The position numbers and the translations under genes are program-made. A DNA stretch of 64,000 bases from Bugula neritina (Eukaryota > Animalia > Bryozoa), in the NCBI GenBank assembly GCA_964035545.1, contig OZ037770.1, forward strand, positions 9,802,973 to 9,866,972, in the 5' to 3' direction. Within the stretch, counting starts at the first letter, position 1, and each line of letters begins with the position of its first letter. A model generated the notes under the pieces. The model did no database searches and had not been told where the DNA came from. It saw only the letters and a program-made list of their open reading frames with translations. Below, in pieces: positions 40,001-64,000 of the stretch.

Positions 40001-41515
40001 GCCCCTACCGGGATTCGAACCACAGACCTCCGGCTTGCAAATTATGCTACAGAGGCTTCGGGATTCCAAACAACAATTACTAATCAATTGCTGACAATTT
40101 TAACTTATGAACTTGCTATCTATTTTAGATACTATCTATTATCCTCGATATTATGGTGTTTTACTCAGTGTTTTACTGCTATTGGATTCTTGGCTCCATT
40201 TAAAGGTTCCCTAAACCTAGCTGAGTATGAATACATAATATTATATATTCAATCATCAACCAATCTATAATTTCTATTGTATATAAAACATTTATGTAAA
40301 CTGAACTAACAGTCAACTGCAATCAATATTCAGTTGTGTAAATAAAACTTTAGTTTGAAATATGATCATTTTAGCTTTAATTAATACTCACACGTCATTT
40401 TTTAAAATCATAAATGTTTTCTTTAATTTAGGCAAGAGTATTAGGTACTGTTTTGTGAGTCTATAAGTTAAAATTTATATTAATATTAAGTTGCACCGTC
40501 AAAAAACAATAAAAACATGCATTGTTATTTAGAAAATATGTATACTTTCTTTCAACCTTGCTTTTAGAGCAAGTGGGTATGGGAGAGACAGCATTCACAC
40601 ATATGGTATGGTAGCTGGTATGGTGAACTGTGCTCAAGGCCTTGGTGCCATAGTTGGACCCGTTTCAGGAGACAGTCTCACTCAGTCTATTGGCTACTCC
40701 TGGACCATGACTATTCTGGCGTTTATTCAGCTTTCTACGGTTTGTTTATAGTAATAACAACTTTGTTTAGTTATATTGAGTAAGATACAGGTGTAATCCG
40801 GAGGCTAGAACACTGGCTTAGTTAACACACTCTCAGCTATTCTAATCTTGATAAAGATATTGGTAATCTTAGAAAGGGTATTCAGTCAATTTTACTTCGT
40901 TGACACAGTTGAAAACAAATTTTTAGCATGTTTGAAAACGTTTTCTATCAGGAATGGGAACTATAAACTTACACATGTTTTTGATTATATAAAATCTTCA
41001 TTGTATGATTGCACTAAGCGTGTATAATTTATATTCTCTATTATCTTAAATTTAGTAGCTTGGAATTGAATCCTTTATAAGATATATTTGGTTATTTTGT
41101 CGCTATAAGTCAAAACAATAAAAATATGCTACCTGTTATACTATAAGTACGTAGCAGTCATGACATTCACTGCGTTCCCATTACTTCACGTTATTTTAAT
41201 GGATGGATCTGTGGTTGCAGTTTGTATTAACTTGTAATTGTAGTTTTATTCGATGTGACTGTTTCCAAATGTGGAATGGAAAATCCATGTGTTATTGCGA
41301 AGCTTGTTAACATAGTAATTTTGGAAACTTAGAGTATATTCAAAAATTTCTTTTGCCGTTATATTATTTATGTTTATAAAAGCTAGTTTTATTGTTATTT
41401 ATTTTTGTTGTAGCTATTTCTAATAATCCTATTCCTTACAATAATGAAATTGACCAATCAACCTCTCACCCCAGAAGAAGCTGACCAATTAAAGTCAATC
41501 AAACTGAGCAGTTAA
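31033..41515 (+). CDS. SLC18B1: MFS transporter, SLC18B1 (vesicular polyamine transporter)-like, 11 exons, 472 aa
   Basis: Exons 31033-31362, 32439-32512, 33749-33893, 34424-34492 (GC donor), 34731-34818, 37294-37436, 38619-38714, 39368-39471, 40129-40224, 40568-40739 and 41414-41515 total 1419 nt in an open frame. SFLYPFFPEEARKRG...GVVFSAY, GSIESVSGGAYAVGPAVG and TYGMVAG...GAIVGP..G....IGYSW match recalled SLC18B1 motifs. Confidence 0.85.
32801..33153. mobile_element. PIF/Harbinger-type MITE, 353 bp, 70-bp TIRs, TTA target-site duplication
   Basis: TIRs at 32801-32870 and 33084-33153 (GCCTAGGGCCACAC...GTCCACTGT, two mismatches); TTA at 32798-32800 and 33154-33156. Confidence 0.88.
35940..36987 (-). 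mobile_element. 5'-truncated RTE-clade LINE (RT C-terminus, zinc finger and short 3' UTR), antisense in SLC18B1 intron 5
   Basis: ORFs 36252-36986 and 36045-36242 are one frame split by a single TGA. Motifs GLTLNAKKTQVM, FNYLGS, AFGRL..RVF, LLYASETW, LKWSGHVVRMDDNRLPKKIMYSEL..G.RSQGGQRKRYKD and CPHCGKLCRSRIGLESHLRTH. Confidence 0.92.
38862..39091. mobile_element. Degraded hAT (Charlie-like) non-autonomous element; only the right end is clear
   Basis: ..tggccctcatgaaagagaagttgcccacccctg is the reverse complement of a CAGGGGTGGGCAAC-type TIR; ggcc-rich subterminal motifs near 38872-38890. Confidence 0.45.
39658..39707. repeat. Near-perfect 50-bp palindrome (24-bp arms, 2-nt spacer)
   Basis: AAGACTACAAAGTTGTAAATGTAA-ct-TTACATTTACAACTTTGCAGTCTT, one mismatch. 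Confidence 0.9.
39990..40080 (-). mobile_element. tRNA-like repeat family A copy with an internal deletion
   Basis: Reverse complement gtaattgttgtttggaatcccgaagcctctgtagcataat[del]ttgcaagccggaggtctgtggttcgaatcccggtaggggcaattattttaca is nearly identical to 51118-51224. Confidence 0.85.
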
Positions 41516-42000
41516 TTGGAAATCTGTCTAATTTAGATTGAGTTCAACAATTTGTGCCAACTATAAGTTATATTGAAATATTTATGTAGTTAAATATATG
41601 TTATATTGTTTAATTTGATAATTTTACTCTACATTTTTATATATAATTTTCATTCATTATGTATATATGTATATAACTTTTGTGGCATTATTAATATAGT
41701 AAAAAACTTCAATATATAGCTTCAAATTTAATTACTTTCCAGAAAGAATAGCAATAAGTGTAGGCCATTTACATTCCTAAGGATATCAGTAACAGATGTC
41801 ATATTCACTAAAACTAGCACATCTTTTTTCAACTCACAAACTGCTAGGAAAGCGGAGTAATAGCATCACTAAGAAGGTTGGAGTTGTCTACTTTACTTTT
41901 GCATATGACTAAAAATAAATGATCTGAAATTCATTTTACTCGGAACTCCATTTGCTTTTAAAAATAAACACATATGATCTAAGTAGTTTTGGGTAAAAAA

Positions 42001-42126
42001 CACACACACACACACACTCACAACAAACAAACAAACACACACAACAAACACAACACACACACACACACACACAACACACACACACACACACTCACACACA
42101 ACAAACACACACACACTCACACACAA

Positions 42127-42214
<88 letters not shown>
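42001..42214. repeat. (CA)n microsatellite with CAA and CTCA interruptions
   Basis: Read directly. Confidence 0.96.
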
Positions 42215-42215
<1 letters not shown>

Positions 42216-45200
42216 GACCTTTTGTTTTAAGCTTTTCACAAATTTATATTACATTATGCTTTAATTGCTAATAAAATATAATAAAAAGTGTCCATTTACA
42301 ATAGTTTTTTGATAACAACTGATAACAACAATTATTAAAAGGTATTTTAATAAAATTTTCATAATAATTGCTTGAAAGATTTTATTCAAATTCAACAATA
42401 ATATATCATAATTATATATGGTATTGCAGTATAAAAAACTACACTTATACATATATCTTATACAATTATAAAAAAGCCAATAAATAATTATTTAGAAAAA
42501 AGTGAAGTGTTGGCGTCATTTACTGGTATTTTATATTTGCACTTTCTGTATTTCTTTTTTTGACGTTCTGCAGCCTAATTTTTTAAATCTCATGATTTCA
42601 CATAAATCAATAATTGTTCATTTCAGAAGCAAGTTACCCCCCCCCCCCCACATTGTATGTCACTGGGCTAGTAGTTTCAGTTAACTAGCAGTCAATTTAT
42701 CGTACGTATATATGAAGACTAGCCTAAATGTGAGGCCCTCAAAAGTATTAGTGGTATTAATAACGATTTGCCTACTTAGGGAGCTATTAATCAAAAGTGA
42801 CCTTAATAGACACTCGCCCACGTGAATTATAACAGCTTGACCATTTAAACTACTTGATCAAGTTTAGACTGAAACATGCAGTTGATCACTGCTAGAAAGA
42901 TAATGTCCAGTGTTCTATAACAATTCAATCAAACCAGAATTTTGCACCGATAGCTCTAATTTCAAGCCATAGGTGCAAAATGAGTGTTGTTATATGGAAA
43001 AAAACATCACACTGAAGATAGCTATGAGTATATAATTTGCAAAAGCTGTACGACATCAGCTTAGCATTCTGGTTATATTAATTAGTTTGTGCCATAATTA
43101 CAAGTTGTTACTATTTTCACACTTGTTAACGTATTTCTCCTTTGTTACCATCTGATCAGTACCGTAATTAAATAAATGTATTATCCTACTATCTATAAGC
43201 TCATGTAAGTTTGTATAGTCACTATTCCTGTAAGAACCCTTGATGGAAAAGCTTTTTAAGCAAGCAAAAGATTTATATTCATATGTGGCATAAGAGCAAT
43301 TACGGCTGTACGATTTTTTTAACATCACAATTGATCTTGAACCACTGACCTCATGTTTTCCTATGCCAGCACCCGAACCACTAGACCGTGGCTGTTATTT
43401 CCACTCTTAAGTAAACATTGTAAGCTTATAATAGTTAAAATAAACAAAAAATGGTGGATTACACAATAGTTTGTATGTATAAATACAAATTGAATTCTCT
43501 GCTGAAAGATTTCCACTTTGGATTTACCTCAGCACTATAATGAGCGTACATCATGATACGAATTAGTTTGCATCATACTGCTGAGCAAACAACTCTTGTT
43601 ACAATTACATGCTCAGTAATTGTATTCACTTGTATCCTATATAAAAGTTAATCTTAGTAAATTGTAGACAGAAGAGACAGCCAAATAGTATTAGCTAGTA
43701 TTTCAAAACCACTAGGGCAGATTCAAACTATTGATCTATAAAATAGAGTGACTTTAGAAATGCAGACGTTAACTCCCACACATAAGTTAATGAGGAATGT
43801 GGAGATGAATAATCACAGGTTTAAGAATGCTTTGGTTAGTTATTTCTCAAGAATTGTCTATAAAATAATTCAATGGATCCTTCAAGTGCTGCACTGCAAC
43901 TAAAGAAGCCATTAACTAAGTTTCACCAAAAGTTAATAATCAAAGAAACTACATGCCCAAGTATAATGATTACTGAACGCTTGATTTAGCTATAAGTTTG
44001 AATAAAAAGTCTAACAAATTATACAATAGAAGTTTTAGGGTATTGAAAGATGGTTATATACAAATACTAAGGGGTTAGATAAACTGGCTAATACAAGATT
44101 TTATCTATTATTATTCTAGTTTTAGTGAAACTTGAAGTGCATCTGTATTTATCTGTACCATACTCTTCTTTAGGTGAAAGAGTTCACAATATTGCTATTA
44201 GAAGTTTTTACATATGATAGAAACACATCACTGCTATTTTGTTGAATTTTTTTTGCTGCAGTTTGATAGTTTAGCTGTAGTTTAAAAATTGTTAGATGAA
44301 ATTTAAGGGTCTTCCTCTTTAAGTAATGTACCGTAGTCAGTTTTATGAGCTTGCCATAAAAACAAAGGCATCTACTGCGCTTTGGGCTTTTTAAACAGTT
44401 GACTTTCAAAATGCTTAAAATATAATTTATAGCATTTTACACTAAGTCTAATCTCTCAAATCTTTAGATTTGGATCTTTGTTAATACGCTTTTGTTTTTC
44501 AAACTGCCACTAACTCTTAACACCTTTGAAACTACGGGGCACTCCCCCCCCTCCAGCTGGTCCCTTATTTTTTTCTATAAGTAATGTAATGATATAGTTT
44601 TGAAAAGCTTAACTGCCTTTTCAAGCTTTCAGAGCCTATTACAGACTATTTATGACCAACCCACTCAGCTTGGATTATCAGGTAATCTTTGAAAAAATAA
44701 GCTACTCAGTTTTAGAACTGGTAATTTCTGAGCCACTAATCATGCCAATTTGATGTTTTGGCTACTTAGAGTCATGCCCGATAGACGCAGAACCGGTAAG
44801 GACTTCAACTATAGAAATTTGCGTCAGGCTAGTGTTTCTTTTGTGAAAGCATTATATAATACATAGTATTTCATTATAAAAATAATAATGTTTCTTCAGT
44901 TACTAAAAAGCTACAGGAGCTCAACAGTTTGATAGGTAAAGCAGCCTGCTAAAGCAGTTAGAAGTTGAATATTATGAATATGTGCAGCCGGCATGCAGTA
45001 AGCTAATAATTTGTGACACGCTTTGCACGCTCGCTTCGCTCTGCTGCAGTTATTACTCTTAAGTTATCTTTTAGTTAATTTGTAAAGTCATGTTCTTTGA
45101 TGCATAAAATTTCCATATCTGAAAACATAAGTGATTATCATCCATCACTTTTATTCGATAGAGTGTCATGAAGGGTATTGCTACGACTGAAGATTTAGAG

Positions 45201-46956
45201 CAGAGTGGCTTTGGAGCAGTTAGCTGTTCCATATATTGACCTAGAAACAACACTCTACTACAATATCAACTAAAGGTGAGCTGCAGAAATAGGGTCTTTG
45301 CCCAACAGTAAGCTGAATATTTTTCTTGTACTTATGTAACTACTTACACATGGTTTTATAATATTCCAATTGTTTACGTTGAGTACAAGTAGTATAATAA
45401 TAACATTGTTGAAAGTGTCAATATTAATTTTACTAATTAATAACTCTCTTGATATTTGTGAATCATGTTAAAGCCAATTTATCTCATCCAAGCTTATAGC
45501 TGAAGTGCAGTATAGTTTTTAGAACAAAGCGTTTGCTAAAAATTTTTTGTTAGAAGAACAAATATTTTAATTGTGAATTGAATCTGAGAATAAATCAGTT
45601 ATCTGTATAAATTTTAGTTCCTGGCCAGTTTTCCATGGACTGAGTATTAAATATTTTACCTGCAGCTGGTATTAGCTTCAGGCCTCATAGTGAGGCATGA
45701 AAAGGACTTCTTAAAGTATTAGTTTGTGTATTCAAGGCTGTTGAAATAGACTGTATAATGTATTGTTTCATGGTAGTTCAAGAATCGGGTTTAGACTATG
45801 ATGATGCAGAGCAGAAACTTTTAGCTCAGTTTTACCGGGATGCGAAAATGAAATGAAATATCAATTTTTAAAGCTTAATAATATCTTGACACTACACATT
45901 TTTTCAAGTTTCACCACCATAAAATCTATGCTTTTGTAACAACCCCTAACTGTAAATAGCTAGTTAAGGTGGAAAGCTTCTATTTGAGCATGATTCATGA
46001 TCTGGGCATCGCCTATCTTATCATATTTATCTTATTGCATTTATAGTAAAAGTCATTCTCAACTTTTAGACAAAGAAGCTAATAATTTCTAACAGGATTT
46101 TATTCTGAGCCACAAAAAACCAATATGGTTCATAACGCAAAGTAGTTTAGAACGTAGGAAAATATTTTAGCGCTGATAAACAAGAAAGTTTCTACATGGT
46201 GAATAGATTAGAGAAATTTTGATGAAATCTAAAAAACAAAACAGAAAGTTGGCTATATACCTTTTGATAACTCAATTAGCCTACGGAAAAATAATGTTAT
46301 AAAACTGCCATAATACTAGATACAGTTTTCTAGCTACTTGCAAAAAGATGGTATCACTGCTCTGAAAGTTTGAGCCAAATATTTCTAGTTGACAATCTTT
46401 AGAAAAATTTGAATAGTGTTTTTGAAATAGAAATTAAGGGTTTCAATGATGGATTCCATTTCATTTCTATAACTACTGCCTTGTTCAAGATTTCGCTTAG
46501 ATAACTTTTAGTAATTGATATAAAAAGTACTTTAGACTCTATTAGACTGTAGAGTATAGGATGTATTTACAATTACTTTGAAGTGTTTTATGTTTTTAAA
46601 ATATTAAAACCGAAACTTCATTAAAGTTAATGAGAATGTGCCAATGACATGTATAGAGTAGTAGATGCTCCAACAGCCATAGAGCACCGCACTGACTTTA
46701 AATCTAACTTCTCATTAATTTTGTTTATAGAAAATATTGCTTGTAAATGCAGACTTGTAAGAAAAGTCTTGTATGTTTGTAAGTTTTACCTTTAAAAGCC
46801 GTTTGGCCAATTAGTTAAATACAGTCAGAAATTACAATATAAATATGACTGTAATATATAGGCTACTAAGCTTATGACAAATTAATATGACATTTGTAAT
46901 AATTTGGCTCTCATTTAACTGACTTCAGATCAAAGAGAATTCATCGAAGCTCGAAG

Positions 46957-64000
<17,044 letters not shown>

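Noticed and set aside
45168-45275. Upstream ABCC exon with a 23-codon ORF and donor AAG|GTGAG
   Set aside because: Plausible 5' UTR exon with a uORF, but it stops before the donor and has no homology support; transcript data are needed
44517-46440. Possible TTAA-type DNA-transposon remnants upstream of ABCC
   Set aside because: Some motifs look repeat-like, but no matching TIR pair or second copy was found in the window

Overview
AT-rich, intron-rich eukaryotic DNA with GT-AG introns, SINEs, a LINE, LTR remnants and long microsatellites. It looks like an invertebrate animal, but the species cannot be fixed from the sequence. Every host gene in the window is a membrane transporter. (1) A tandem array of three SLC16/monocarboxylate-transporter-like MFS genes lies on the minus strand: copy A runs off the left edge, copy B is intact (10 exons, 477 aa), and copy C has the same 10 exons but a TGA stop formed across its exon 4/5 junction. 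(2) An orphan, decayed 3' fragment (NBD2) of an ABCC gene sits at about 29.2-29.7 kb. (3) An intact SLC18B1-like MFS gene is on the plus strand (11 exons, 472 aa, one GC-AG intron). (4) An ABCC5/MRP5-like ABC transporter starts at about 46.96 kb and runs off the right edge (27 exons seen). Introns carry a degenerate Gypsy composite with gag and integrase on opposite strands, a 5'-truncated RTE LINE, a Harbinger-type MITE, two tRNA-derived repeat families and several small TIR or hairpin elements. Exon coordinates were derived by hand from splice sites, phase and paralog comparison; family assignments rest on recalled motifs, not database searches. No CRISPR, rRNA or convincing functional tRNA was found, and no clearly new biological system is demonstrated. 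The best leads are the diversifying transporter cluster, its splice-dependent truncations, and a tRNA-shaped repeat family with a shared 5' leader.
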